Shown: in pieces, positions 1 to 20,726 of the stretch
Layout: the number at the start of each line of letters is the position of its first letter
How positions within the stretch are numbered: the stretch's first letter is position 1
Assembly: GCA_001949185.1 (NCBI GenBank)
Contig: BDGG01000001.1
Coordinates: 4,515,624 to 4,579,623, forward strand
DNA length: 64,000 nucleotides
Source of the DNA: Ramazzottius varieornatus
Lineage: Eukaryota; Animalia; Tardigrada
Direction of reading: 5' to 3'
Program-made: the position numbers and the translations under genes
Notes under the pieces: generated by a model
Told to the model about the DNA's origin: nothing
What the model saw: the letters and a program-made list of their open reading frames with translations, nothing else
The model's database searches: none

Positions 1-3
1 TAG

Positions 4-152
4 GTACTGTACATGCTTCATGAACTTCGTCAATGTGCGTCATCGTACGCGCAAAACGTCCCTTAGGAGGTTGGTAAGGTAAAATTCTTAGACCGGGGTT
101 CGACTTAACGCGTATGACGACCTGATGCGCGAAGTTGACGAAGCATTCAAGT
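4..152. mobile_element. Short MITE-like element with terminal inverted repeats, copy 1 (copy 2 at 42824-42986)
   Basis: Left arm ATGCTTCATGAACTTCG pairs imperfectly with right arm CGAAGTTGACGAAGCAT. Internal motifs TCCCTTAGG, GGTAAAATT, GACCGGG and ACGCGTATGA recur in the same order at 42824-42986. Confidence 0.7.
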
Positions 153-392
153 AATTGTCAACTTCAGCCATCATCAATTATGTTTCATCCACAGCACAAC
201 ACTCAACTTGGTACGGTTTGTGCTAAGGTAATAAATTAACTTGCCACAGCGGTGATAATCATGAAGAGAATAAAAAACTAATTTCATACCGTGTGCCAGT
301 CAATTGCTCACTTTCGTCAAAGAACTCTGTTCATCGTAACAAGCCATAGCAGGGCTTTCAAAATTCTACTGTAGTCTGGTCAAAATCGTGGG

Positions 393-1440
393 TTAACTCT
401 GGATATCATTGTAGGGTGGTGGAAAACCAACTCGTTTGTCAAAGCCATTGGCTATCCTCGAGCTGGCTGATAGTAGCATTTGCTTGTGAGCATTCTCATC
501 AGCCACGCCATTCTCGCGAACTGCATCTTGATAAAAGTCCTCGCCACCTCTGGAAGTTTGCGTTGGCTCAGTGACAGTCACGAGGACCGCCGAGTGGGAG
601 AAGTTTTTGGCGGTGCCATGATAGTGCTTCCTGAGTATGTGCACTCCCATCACGAACATGATGAGTTGGATGATCGTAAGCCAGGCACCGAGAACCGCAG
701 TCCCTATGCCGAACAATATCCGGTCTGATTGATGCATAGCTCGTTTCTCCTCTTCATCTTTCCTGTCTTGATCCCGGATATAGGGGAAGTTCCGGCTGTA
801 AATGAGTCCAGCTCCTTTGGCAAGTGTGGCCAGGCCCAAAGAGACAGCCAGCAGCAGCATAACAAGGTAAAACTTGAGTAGATGGTTGGCTGGCGCTGTC
901 ATTTTACCGTGTTGAATCTCATCGATTTTCAACAGCGGAGTCATGCGAATCCGACAGGCAATTATCATCCCGAAAATTCCAAGTAGCGTGAGCAATGTCA
1001 GGAGGGCTAAAGCTTCGGGTGCGTGAACTGCAAACACATTATGAGCAAAAAATTAGCCGTCACTTCCGGTCATCAAAATGTATCGAATGAAATAACTGAG
1101 GAATTTCGACACCAAATATAAGCCGGCCAAACAGTACGTACACAATAGCCATCTTGGGTGGTGCACCCTTCCAGCTACTAGCAATGAGAACGTGCGCCAC
1201 TTAGGACAAATGATCTTGTACGTTCTGTTTGCCGAGATCCCAAATAAGACTACGCTCGAGACACCTACAGCTCAGTACGAAAGTCACAGGTATGAGAAGG
1301 AAGCCACCGAAGATGAACTGGACAATGCCTGTTCCTAGGAAGAACCTCTTCCTTTTGGAGTCCGCTAGGCAGAAAGGGGATCCCCATATGACGTCGGGAC
1401 TAGGCTGTCCAGTGGCGAGCTCGGTCGTGTGTGATGCCAT
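393..1440 (-). CDS. Uncharacterised multi-pass membrane protein (about 4 TM, MS4A/tetraspan-like topology), spliced
   Basis: ORFs 1201-1452 and 393-1037 carry about four hydrophobic helices. TTTGCAG acceptor near 1030. C-terminal PPPY motif. Family not recognised. Confidence 0.6.
1150..1225. repeat. GTGGCGCAC palindromic dispersed repeat copy
   Basis: GTGGTGCACC (1158), 23 nt, CGTGCGCCAC (1191-1200), then TTAGGACAAATGATCTTGT. Confidence 0.75.
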
Positions 1441-2044
1441 CACTAAATTCAATTATTCAAGGAGATTACGGTAGTAAATGTGAAACAGTGTGAAAAGCAT
1501 CACATAACTGCCACATTATGATTAATATCCGATATAGCTTCACCACCGTATCAGTTCAGGCTAAGAACTAACCAGGAACCAGGAACAACACAGCAAACTG
1601 AGCATTCATCGATGATCCGGTTATGACTCTACAAAATTGCCATTTGGACAAACTGTGACATTGATATCCGCGAACAGCGAAGAGGCTGATTACGAAGTAA
1701 AACGGGAATGATCGCAGCTGGGTTTACATCCTGGTCTGATTCATCCCACACGCTTACGACCACACGCTGCTCATGAGGCGATGAGACCAAAGGGAAAAAT
1801 CGATCCCTTTGTATTGTTGCCGGTTAGAAAAACACACAGCTCGCGTTCGACGATCCAGTGTGATGTGCACATGAAGAGTAGGGAAGTTGTGCAGTAATCC
1901 CCTTTCACAACCGACTCCATTCATTCGCTGCGTAATGAAAAGCGATTGCGCCACGTTACATGGCCGACTGAGTCTCAGGAGACGTTAAATAGAGTTGAAG
2001 ATCAGTAATAAGCTCTTGTTCAAGGTTTGAATAGACATCTCACG

Positions 2045-2990
2045 GCCTCTTTACGAAGGTTTTGGAGGAAGGAAAGATAGATTAAACGGTCGGGTACCAG
2101 CAGATCATCCTTGGCGTGTTGGCGAAGACCTGGATATCCGTCGTGAAAGGTGGCGTGTGTTTTCTCGAAGTCAAGAATCCCATCACAATGGGCGGCGTCC
2201 AGAAGAGAATTTGGGAGAGTACTATAATCAAAACTAAATGAGGACTCCTATTGAAATGATTCCTTCGAACGCAATTCTGCTTCCGAGCAGACGTTCGCAG
2301 ATTCCCTGCAGGAGAATTAATGACAGAAGCCAAACCGGAAGGAACCACCGTGTTGTGTTACCTCAACGAATTAGTCTGGTTCCGCCAACAGTACTGGGCT
2401 GTAAAGGCCAGCAGAGTATAAGACGAGTAGACCAGGAACGACGTGATGAAAGCGGTGATGATGATGGCCAACTGTTCGTACCAGAAAGTGCCTCTGATCG
2501 TATCGCAATATTCGCCGGGGTTTCTCCGAGCCTTGGCATCATAGTTCAACAGCGGAATGTACCAAAAGTGAAGGTATACAAGCATGGTTAGGGTGGACAG
2601 AAGTCCGCAACGTAATGGTTCGCCCTCGCCGGTACCAGTAAGGTGCGAGTACCGCGAGCCACCGGTCAAGGCAGATGACGATGTGAAGAGGGGCCAGTAT
2701 GGTCATGATGATGCGGTTCGTGTATTTGTAGAAGGTACACTGCGAATGCTGAGGAGTCAGCTTCGGTCTAGGTCGTGGTAGACGGTCAAAGGAGCGGTGA
2801 TGGTGGCAGCTGCGAGGTCGACGATGGTCATCTTCCCCACATGGATGGAGAAAGGTGTAATGGGGTTGCGCTTAGTCAATTAAGAAGATACAAAAAAATA
2901 TACACGTTAAAGACTGCTCCCATCGCGGCCACACCGCTACTGAAGTAACTTCCGAATCTGATTAACTTTTCCAGGTTGGTCGAATGAGTA
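2045..2990 (-). pseudogene. Class A (rhodopsin-like) GPCR pseudogene, intronless, with stops and frameshifts
   Basis: Manual minus-strand translation across frames gives TM1 AAMGAVFNVYIF, TM2 TPFSIHVGKMTIVDL, a stop in ECL1 (DRS*LL), TM3 QCTFYKYTNRIIMTILAPLHIVICLDRWLAVLAPYWYR (DRY-like DRW), TM4-5 in ORF 2358-2669 with an ECL2 Cys, and TM6 SQILFWTP in ORF 2082-2348. Confidence 0.75.
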
Positions 2991-2996
2991 CTTTAA

Positions 2997-3660
2997 AGTG
3001 CCAATGATATGGGACAGGTTTGGGTCCCAGTGGGTGTAAAACTGCCGCCTGGCAAATATCAAACATAGTAGGCTCAGCTGTAATTCGCTCTTATTCGTCA
3101 TCATACAGCCCGTTCTCTAAAAGCCACGACAGCAAGCCCGACCAACCCGGATTTTAATTCGAGCGTACCATACACATACTCTATCAATTCAAAATGTACT
3201 CGTCGTCCATCTCTTCATCAGACTTGCCAGAATTATCTGAACCATTTCTAACATAAATCTCGCTATCATCAGACTGGAGAAAGGAGTTTTTATACAAACT
3301 TACGTCCAGAACGTTATCATCATCGTCAACAGTATTGCCCTCACTGAGAGTAGGATATCCAGCCTTAACCTCATGAATAACTGGAGGATCCTACGCTTCT
3401 CGGCGTCCGAGTAATGATTCTGAGCCATCACAACGGTTGTATCGAGATGTCCAGAACAACAAAGGAGAAGCGCAAGAAAAAATGAAACTTTGTTATCTCA
3501 GCTGGATAGAAATCAAGTTCTCTCGCTGACACCCGGCCGGGAAAGCACTGTAAATGAGTGATCAGCTGTTTCCGGCTGCCAGCCTCAGTCAGAAAAGACC
3601 GCGACCGGGGGTTGTTTTTACGATGACTAGCACCCAAACCTGTCCCATATCATTGGCACT
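2997..3660. mobile_element. Non-autonomous DNA transposon with 29-bp perfect TIRs and TTAA target duplication (Kolobok-like AG...CT termini)
   Basis: AGTGCCAATGATATGGGACAGGTTTGGGT (2997-3025) is the exact reverse complement of 3632-3660. TTAA lies on both sides (2993-2996, 3661-3664). No transposase ORF. Confidence 0.85.
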
Positions 3661-4700
3661 TTAAAGTAGTGTTTTTTCGATCCGAAGGAGGTTAGTCGTT
3701 AGTTGCTACAAGCTGTTCGCTTCGCCTTCGGCTCGCTCGCAGCTTGTCAATGATGTACAAAAACGGAAACGGATAGCGCAGAAGAATGGCAATGTATATA
3801 TTTAAAGCTATGCTCAGTTCGGAACGAACGAATCTCGTATGCTCGTTCCAAACATAGTGCACTCACAAGGGAATCTCAAACTGCGCAAATTGAAACCATT
3901 GGATAACTTTGATTTTGTTTCATATTCACTCCAACAAGTTTCCGAGGTGTCCACTGATATCGTCCAATCAGCAGAAAATTTTGTCGCGTCTTAGACGGTT
4001 CGCGATTGAAGACAAAATATTTTGAAACTCGTAACCAAGCGCAGTAGAACAGCCACTTTTCGATCTTTTGTGAGGTTGTTCCGTTTTTAATAGTTTTATT
4101 GCTCTACCTCGATAATTTCCTTTCGGTAGCCAGTTGTTTTAGTCGACCTTTTCTTCAAAATAACACTACCCCACCCCCCGCCATTTCTCAAGGTTAACCT
4201 TAGCGTGCACTGTATGATTTCACACTTGGGACTTCTGTTGAAGCACTGCTGGTTGATTTCCCAAGAATAAAAATTCTATTTGAAAAATGCTACGGAAGTC
4301 TTTTATAGTTTGGTACATATGTAAAAGCAGTATGTTTGTGCTGCCGCAAGGTTATACGGGTGCCGGGGAAGTTCAAGAACTCGTTCGTTTGGTCACGCTG
4401 ATTTCGAAAAAGTGCTGCACCAAGTTTTGGCGAAACGTGTATCCCACCGATCACCGTCTACAGATCCACATGTGGACTTCGGAAACGTACGGTCCGCTGG
4501 ATACCAGTTATTTTAAAAAGGCTAGATCGGCTAAAAATAGGTGGAATTCGAATAGGTTTGAACCACCAAGCATCAAATGGTGTACGGAATAGGGACTAAC
4601 TTTGTTGGGTTCTTCGCTAGTAAATATCGAGAAGAGTACCACAGCAAGATTTATGTGCCAGCGCACATAGAGGTCAGGTAATGGCGCTATCTAACTTATT

Positions 4701-4730
4701 TGCTAATTTGCTAATTTGCTAATTTGCTAA
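4701..4730. repeat. Short tandem repeat (TGCTAATT) x ~3.7
   Basis: TGCTAATTTGCTAATTTGCTAATTTGCTAA read directly. Confidence 0.85.
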
Positions 4731-5464
4731 GCAATGAGCTGTGTTATGAAAACATACAGGCGACACAGAAACTGACACAAAAAATCAGAATCAGAACTGC
4801 AAGATAAAAAACTGAAGAAAAAGACCACGTTAGCAACATCTGGACACCGTTTCCGAATTTCGGGCAAGATTTGAACCAATTCGTACCGAAATTCGGCGAA
4901 TGCCAGAGCGTACAGTGAAAATAAATGGATAGCAGTATATATAAATTAGGACGGGGCGTACGTCTGAGAAAACTACTTCAGTGCTCATTCGATATAATAA
5001 TCGCGAATCTCTGTCAGGTACATTTAGAGTCGAATATCTGCACTACTTTCAGCAGCTGTGAACCACCGGCTGAACGCTGTCGCGTTATGTCCGAGTCTTC
5101 CGGATGTAACGACCGAGACCGAAGAGAAGACACCGCGTGACGAGAGAACAAGGAAGTCATAATACGATAGGCAAACAACCCGAAAGTTTCACTCTCCCAA
5201 AAGTCTGGATTGTGCAGGAACAACACTAAATACGGCATATCGGGAGAAACTGCCATGGTCCACCAACAATAGTTTACGGCCAAGCAGAAAATACACAAAG
5301 TGTCACAAGTAACCAAAATAGTCCAGGTTTGTTTTTACAAAAACAGGTTTTTAAATTACTGCCCAACGAAGTTTCTAACGACGAAAATTTAAAAACAACT
5401 TTTAACATATCGTAGTGAATAAACGATAGTCAACTACGACGAAGAAGAAAAAACGGATCCGTTT

Positions 5465-8400
5465 TTATATCGTTGATACTGTTTCTTGCTGTCTATCTGC
5501 TGGCACTTCTCCATTCACTGCCGCAGTCTGTCCTTCCGTCCCGTTGCTCACTTCCGCTTCACCTTCGGCTTCTTCCTCGTCATCTTCGTCATCGTAGGAC
5601 ACCAAAGAAGGACTGGGTGCTCCAGACTTGAAGGTGGTGGAGGAGACCAAGGAGGATTGTTTGCCCAGCGAGGGCAAAGGAGTTTTCGACGTGTCGGTCG
5701 ACGTTACTTCCCACGACCGTCCCGAAGGGACGGACGTGTGGTTATTACTGGGTGAATTATTAGAAAAGAGCGGCCCGTTCGAGGACGTGGCTGGAGGTGT
5801 TGATACTTCCCTGGTGGAGTCAGGTGCCGAATTCAGGGAAACTTTGAAGACGGGGGAGTTTTTCTTTGGTAACTTCCGGTTGATGCGCCCCCCTGGCTTC
5901 CAGGTGGATCCGTTGAACTGTCCATCTTCCTCGTCGAGATCATCCTGAAATCACAAAAGGCCCATAGGCTAACATCTCGCCACCATTCGTAAGAGTTTAT
6001 CATCACCGTACATGGTTTTGCCCATTGTTTATGGAACTGTTAACAAGGCCGTGCTCAGCACCACTTTGACAACCGTTTGTCTTAGATCATGTTAAACAAC
6101 GATCAAATTTTTCAATCACCAACGCGACCGCGAGACATGGAAAAGGGACTATTAACTCCGATAAAAAAGTTGTTACCAGCAAGGTCCTCTTGACAGGTGG
6201 TGCAGCGTTGATCGGTGCGAGGCTTTTGACCGACGTCAACGGAGTGTACTTCGATGAAGTAGGCTCTTCCTCACTAGCAGGAGCTCCATTCTCTTCTTTG
6301 CTTTCCGTGTCACCATTCTCGTTCTCGTCCGTCTCGTCAAACCAGTGTTCTTCATCCTCGTCCATGCTCCTGTCATCTCTTCGGAACCTATCAAAATGCA
6401 ACCTATCAACCAGATACCCAACCATGAAGTCTGTGCGAGGCATCTTACTAACCTTCTTTCTTTGGCTGAACCGCGCGGACCACTTCTGATTTCCCCACTG
6501 TTGTCTGGTGTAGAAGGTCGAGCAGCGGAGTCTGGGGAAGGCGAGATGTGGATCTCGTACCTGACTTTCATCAGACTAAAGGTGGTGGTGTAGTTGATGT
6601 CTTTGAGGCGTTCCCAGTACTTGCCGACGATGTAGACGATCAGCTGCCGCATGTCTTCTGCGCGAATGTACTCGAACAGTTCCAGAATGGCCGAGTTGAG
6701 TAAGTTGTACGTTCGGCCATTCTTGAGGAACACCTCGATGACTGGTTTGAGGTGGTCATTCGCTACAATGTACCGGTGGTAGAAGTCGGCTTCCTGACCC
6801 GGAAGACCGATAATCTTCCTCATAAACCTAACGACACCGATGACTAAGAAGCGGTGGGATGATTGCAAGAGAACTAAAACGTGTTTTAAGAGATCGCGGT
6901 TAATGATGAATGTGCGAATGTGGTGGGTGTGGTGTTCGACGCAGTAACTGAGAAATTCCAGGATCAAGTTGAGGATCTGTACTCGGCGGATGCTCTCGTG
7001 TGCTGGCAAGACATCGTCTTTGGTGATGTCCAGGATGGGCTCGATGACGGACGGCATGCAGCGACGATAGAACAGGTTCAGAAACTCTGACTTCTCGTTT
7101 TTATTCGAGGAGGTCAGCATGTTTTCCGGATCAAGAAGAAGGCGCGTTATCGTCAAAATCTACAAAAGACAACATAACCAACAAGAATTATGCTCTGATA
7201 CGATTTATCCCCAAATCAATTCCCAAAAATTTTTTTCGAATGTTCCTTGGAGACTTTCACCGGTACGTTTTTTGCATGTATAAAGTTTTCTGCTGCGCAG
7301 TTTTTGATTCATATATCTATCCCGTTTTTTTCAAAGAGGTGGGTTTTAGCCAGGATAATTTGATTTATTTCCATTATTATCATATTAATTCTGAAATTCT
7401 GCCCGATCGTCGTTCTAACTCGCGCACGCTGCCAGCTAATGACGCTGTAGATATTCGCCACTTGAACAGGCGATCTTGTCGAGGTCTTCAACGAACTCCC
7501 AGTTTATTTAGAAGATTTATTTCTGACAAAATTTCACACTGATTCAGAGCTTCGATCGACAAACCTGCATGGCTCCCGAAGCTTGTTGATCGGTATCATT
7601 GATCACAGCTTGGCGGATGACATGGACGTAAAAGAGGTTACTATCGATTGGTTCTTTGTTGGCCTGTGTGATGCAGTACTCCCTCACGACGAATGGGTGC
7701 ATTTCCACCAGGATAGTGAAGACGTCAACGATAGCCGACCGCGTCCTCTGATCCTCCACATCCAGCGCCGCTTGAACACCCTGCAAAACGAGCCATGCAT
7801 GCGTTCCTAAAACTTCCTTAATGACTTCTCTGACGGCTTCTTCTAATTCCTGTAGTACCTGAAGAATGCCATGCGCCATCAACGATCGGAAGAACTGTTC
7901 CCTCGAAGTCGGCTGAAGTGTGTGGCTGAACTGGCAGAACTCTTTCAGGAACATTACTGCGTCCCTCCTCTTCTCCATCGACGTTTCCGGCGCGCACAAC
8001 TGGGCGAAAAGCGCCTTCAGAAAGCGCTCATCGTCTTGCAGCAAGTTGACAATCTCCAACTTGTTGAAGAAGACGTAAGACTGAAGTGTGTTCAGGATAT
8101 TCTCTTCGAAAACTGAAGGCGAAGGCAAAATCACATCCTGTATGTATTGCACTCTGTACATGGTTTGAATCTTCTGGTACAGCTCGGCGTTCTCCAGCGG
8201 CACCACTTCTTTGAACCGGGCAATGTCGCGCACGTACTCGCGATGCTTTCGTGGCGCTTTGCCACTCGGATCCCATTCCAGGCAGCCCAACACGTCTTCC
8301 AGGCACTCATCGCTGAACAGTATCTCGTACAGTGCGTTCCGGTTCAGCATCAGGATGTTCTTCATGATGGAAAACAGCTGCCGAAGTCCATCTACGAAAC

Positions 8401-9196
8401 AACAACACGAATTTTCCAGTTTAACTCCAACGGTCGACAATCAAGAACCGATCAATCCACTGAAACAGCCCATGTCAGATTGAAGGTGCATGACGACACA
8501 GACGAGACCGATTGAAACTGTACAGTCAGCTGAACAGCTCGTGACGTCATGCTAAACCTCATTTGTGACTGGATGTGTACCTGTATTTTCGACATCGTCG
8601 CATTTCTTGAAGCATTCCAGCAGCTTTCTGATGTAATCTTCTTGCTCGATAGCCATGGCTAGCTTTTCCCGTTGATGAGAATGGGACATGTAGGCTTGAA
8701 CAACTTCCTGAATCCTGTCGAGCTTGCCTATTTCACAAGGAGGCAAAGGCACCGAAGCGTTAGTCATGGAACTCGGTTCAGGTCCATAGCTCGCCAAACT
8801 CCCGGCGGAGTCTTCATCGTCTTCGTCGTCCAAGGGATCCTGGGTCACCTCCACAGATGGATCTTTGCCCTGAACTTGACAAATCTTGCCCCACACTTCC
8901 TCACAGCCAGCCTTCTCCTGAAAGCTCAGCGCCATATCCGACTCATTCTCCGACCAGACGATCAGCGTCTCCTGTTGCTTCTGATAGGATGTCTCCACGT
9001 CGATCTTCGACTCTAGCAGTACTTGCTGAGACTGCTCATCCCGAACGATGAGGGACATACCTGACAAACGTTCCGAGTACAGAGCGGAGACATGGCCAGT
9101 CCCGCGATCGTCCCAATGGCGCGCGCTATTCAAGACGTATAGTTTGACTCTCCGCCGATTCTCCGCTGACTTGTCCATCGTCAGGCTTTGGGTCAT
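5465..9196 (-). CDS. PPP4R3: Serine/threonine-protein phosphatase 4 regulatory subunit 3 (SMEK/falafel). Exons approx. 9196-8581, 8391-7859, 7780-7565, 7159-6453, 6387-6177, 5944-5465
   Basis: N-terminal EVH1-like domain [45 protein letters not shown]-1 domain [12 protein letters not shown] and [34 protein letters not shown]-terminal [13 protein letters not shown] sites join in frame. Confidence 0.95.
7405..7490. repeat. GTGGCGCAC palindromic dispersed repeat copy (degenerate, SMEK intron)
   Basis: CTCGCGCACG (7419), 23 nt, TATTCGCCAC, then TTGAACAGGCGATCTTGTCGAG. Confidence 0.65.
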
Positions 9197-9399
9197 CTAC
9201 AAACACAACCTTGAAGTTAAAAGATAGGTGCAGCGTCCACAGTAACACCTAGAACAAAAAACAAAAACAAAGATTACCAATCAAGGATTTTCCAGCTTGC
9301 TGTCAGTTAAACCCTCCAACGTCTGCCAGTTCCTCAGACCAACATGGCTGCTGTCAGAAATCCGTCTTGATACTGCAATAGTCCTTAGTCCAGATAACT

Positions 9400-9780
9400 C
9401 AGGGGATCTGCGAACTGTACAGGAAAGAGAGATCCAAAAACCTCAAAAAATTACCGAAGGCGTACCATTAAAATAAATTTTTGATGTGATATTATAATTT
9501 AATTTTACAGCGTAAAATAATTTAGCCGACCTCATTCCACTTCATCCGCTTACGTCATCAGACCAATGAGTGACATGAATCACGACCGAAATCGAACAAG
9601 GACGTGCCGGATTTTCACCCCCCGGCCAACCCTGGGCTCCGCATGACTCACATTTTGCCCCCATGCCTCATCATTACGCAGCTGCACGTAAATTAATTTT
9701 TCTGATCAATTTTCTCCGATTTAAAGTCTATCGTTGTTTACAGTCGTCTGTACGAAGGATCGCTCCTGCGACCTGCGTCC
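9400..9780. promoter_or_regulatory. Probable bidirectional promoter between SMEK and AGAP
   Basis: The two genes are head-to-head with start codons under 900 bp apart (9196 and 10075). A CRE-like TTACGTCA and a CCAAT lie near 9550-9567. Inferred from position only. Confidence 0.45.
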
Positions 9781-10074
9781 CTCTTTGTTGAGCTTATGAT
9801 CTTCGGAGGACTGACACTATACTCTGTCTGAGTGTGCTGGATGTTTCAACTGTCCCTGGCTGTGCGACGAATATCGTCCGATTTTACTGAGGAGAGCTGG
9901 ATACCGCTGCAGCAGATCCTAATTTACAGTTATTTACTCAACGGAAGCATGGATGTTCTGGTTTGTTGCAGGTTGTATCGAAGGATAAGTGATTGCTCAG
10001 AAGGTTCCGAGTACGGGAATGTCCGGAGGGAATGAATGGGGATATATAGTTCGTGAAACGGAAAATCTGAGAAG

Positions 10075-16756
<6,682 letters not shown>

Positions 16757-18033
16757 TTTTAGTTTTTTGTATTTTTCAGTTTTCGCCTGTCTTATATCTA
16801 CCCCAACTACTACTAATTTTGTGACCAAAGAAAAGTATAGAAATGGGTTTTTTGAATAATTTTTTACTCGTTTAAGCTTCGTGAATGTTGCATGAAGTCC
16901 CCTGTACAGTAAAACTGAAATCAAAATCAAATTATTCCGATGTCCGCACTGTCGCACGGATGATCCCTTATGAGCTTTGGGCTGTTTCGTCCTTTGTGAG
17001 ACTTGGAGAAGGTTGTTTCAAACTTTCCGGAACACGGCAACGATCGCAGAACCCTCTGGCGTTTCCATGTGGGTTTGAAGACTTTGACATAGAAGTGCGT
17101 GCTGCATGCCAGGGAGGGATCCGTAGTGTACGAGTAAAGAGCCACGGGCCGCGGCCCTTCGGCTGCAAGTTTACTTTGTCGACGCTGTACAAAACTCTGA
17201 GTCATACGTCTGTGAGATCAACGAGGTACGTGAACGGCGAATCCATCGTATCGATTATTCGGATTTACTCGCTGACATTCCGCAAGTCTTCAGCGAGGTC
17301 ACCGCTTAATGGCTCTTGGGGGGAGGGGCATTCACACCGTCGCGGTGCTTTCGCCGAAGCAAGTCTAGCTGTCGAGGCGTCGAAAACTGCACTGGACCGA
17401 ATTCCCGCTTCAGATCGCTTTGCTTAATAGCTTACGAGTCTAAAAGCTGGCAGGTTTGTTGCTTGCTATCTGCCACAGTGGGATACGCAGTAGTAGACAC
17501 TATGTATCTGTGGTGAGCATGCGGAAGGATTTACAGAATTAGAAAAGTCTCGCGGTCTCCAGCAAGAGCTCGTCACTGTTGTAACCTTCGTCATTTCCCA
17601 ACTACACCGCCCTTGGGGAAATCCCAACGGGTTGGGCTGCTGACTAGCACGAAAATGACGAAATTTGCAGATTCACTTCCACAGTCTCCACATTCCACAA
17701 TCACAAACCCAAACGGAGGAATATTTTGATCGTGTCTGTCCGATTCATCCTTTATTCTTTCAGATTTCCGGTGGTAGTGATGAGTTCCGAATAGAGCCCG
17801 TGCTGTGACAAAAGGTGTGGAGGATCGTTAAACGGCTGGCGCTGCTCTGCGTTACCAAAGGTGAGTGGCGATTGCTAATTCAGCCTGACTTATCGATCAA
17901 CGTTCATCGCATACGTGACGACCACAGTAACAGTACGACGACACCTGCTACGAAGTTTAATTCAGTTAGGTTAGATAGGCAGTCTATTGTGGTGGTTTCA
18001 GAGATCTATTCGGACCGATCCCGACGGAAGGCC

Positions 18034-19391
<1,358 letters not shown>

Positions 19392-19959
19392 GAGAAAGTT
19401 CGGAACTTCCGGTGGGTTCTTCGGTATCCAGTTCGAGGCGAAATTCTTGCTCTTTTTACTAGTATCTTACTCCAATATTCCATACTGTACCTTTAGGTAG
19501 CTCGCTTATTTTTGCTGATTGCTTTACCAGAATTGTGCCGTTTCTTGTTTGGTGCGAGAAATACGTTTTTTACGCTTGGACTGTGGGGAGCTGCATCGTT
19601 CCAGTATGGCTCCGTTTTTCGCATATTGTGTCGGTCGCTAGGTAGTTTCCTCATATTGCGTACCTTCTGCTATCAGTCTTAACACGCGTACCACTTGAGA
19701 AATGTGAGTATTCTTGTACTTGACCATATTCCATGTATTCACTGAATTACCGTCGGCTAGGTCGCAGCCCCAGAGTTATCAAACAAACTTCTCATTACGT
19801 TTAAAAGTAAAAGTGAAGAGAACCGAACAATGTGAAGCAGGAACTGGCGTAAAGAATACGAGTGGCTGGTCTTTTCGTGGTTGCCGTTCTGCCTCCACTG
19901 GCGTAGGTTGGGAAGGAATCGATGTGAAGGAGGAGGCATTCTGGAGGTTATCTTCTGTC

Positions 19960-20015
19960 ACCTTGCAGTTAGCTGGAAGTGTGCGCCACTTGGGAAAACG
20001 ATCTGGCTGAACTTA
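19960..20015. repeat. Partial GTGGCGCAC palindromic repeat (one arm plus spacer)
   Basis: GCAGTTAGCTGGAAG TGTGCGCCACTTGGGAAAACGATCTGGCTGAACTT. The other arm has decayed. Confidence 0.6.
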
Positions 20016-20726
20016 GATGCCCCACTTCCCGTTAGTTTTGTACGCTATAAAAGCGGACTGGTGGTGTTCTCACGTCTCTTCGATGAGATACCAAACATGT
20101 TGACATCTATGTCCGTACAGATAGTCGTCAACAGCATGAAGCAGCCACTCCAACTGTTCCGGAGGATAAGGCCGAACTGGCAGTTTAAAACTACACTCTT
20201 CCAAATCTCGTGCAGGTTCCTGTAGAATTCCGACTGGAGAGACCGGTTTCGCCGGCCTTGAAGCGTATCACAAATTCCGGGAGGTCAACTCCGAATTCTC
20301 TCAGGAGTCAGCATATCATCGTTTCTGTCCGTCGTTATCGGATCGTCCACCTTGAGCTTTTTCCACTGTAAGTACATATTATGAAAAACGACTGAACGTT
20401 CTGGGTCCATGTTTCGGTCGATGGCCAGAGACGCCAAACAGCTCATTTATTCCAGTTCTCGTATTGGCGACCGGTGGTCAGCAGATGTCGGTGACCGCTG
20501 GTCATGTTGCACAAACCGAACCGACGGATCTGCGAATGACGAACCAGTTTTTCCGGCAGAAGATTACCCTTCTTCCCAGGCCATTTGTAGGTTTCCCGAA
20601 ATGAAGTATCGAACCCCGAGCACCTTGACCCTTTCCTTTTAGCATCGATATGCACAGTTGTGTGTAACGAGTAATGAGGCTTATAAGAAACTTCGTCTGC
20701 AGCTGGTGGTCGAGTCTCTTGTCTGT

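Noticed and set aside
4852-4895. 11-bp inverted repeat CCGAATTTCGG / CCGAAATTCGG downstream of SMEK
   Set aside because: Short, single occurrence and no supporting context. Bacterial-style terminators are not relevant here.
16885-17427. 180-codon ORF downstream of AGAP
   Set aside because: Non-ATG start, no recognisable domain, and it lies in the expected 3' UTR or intergenic region.
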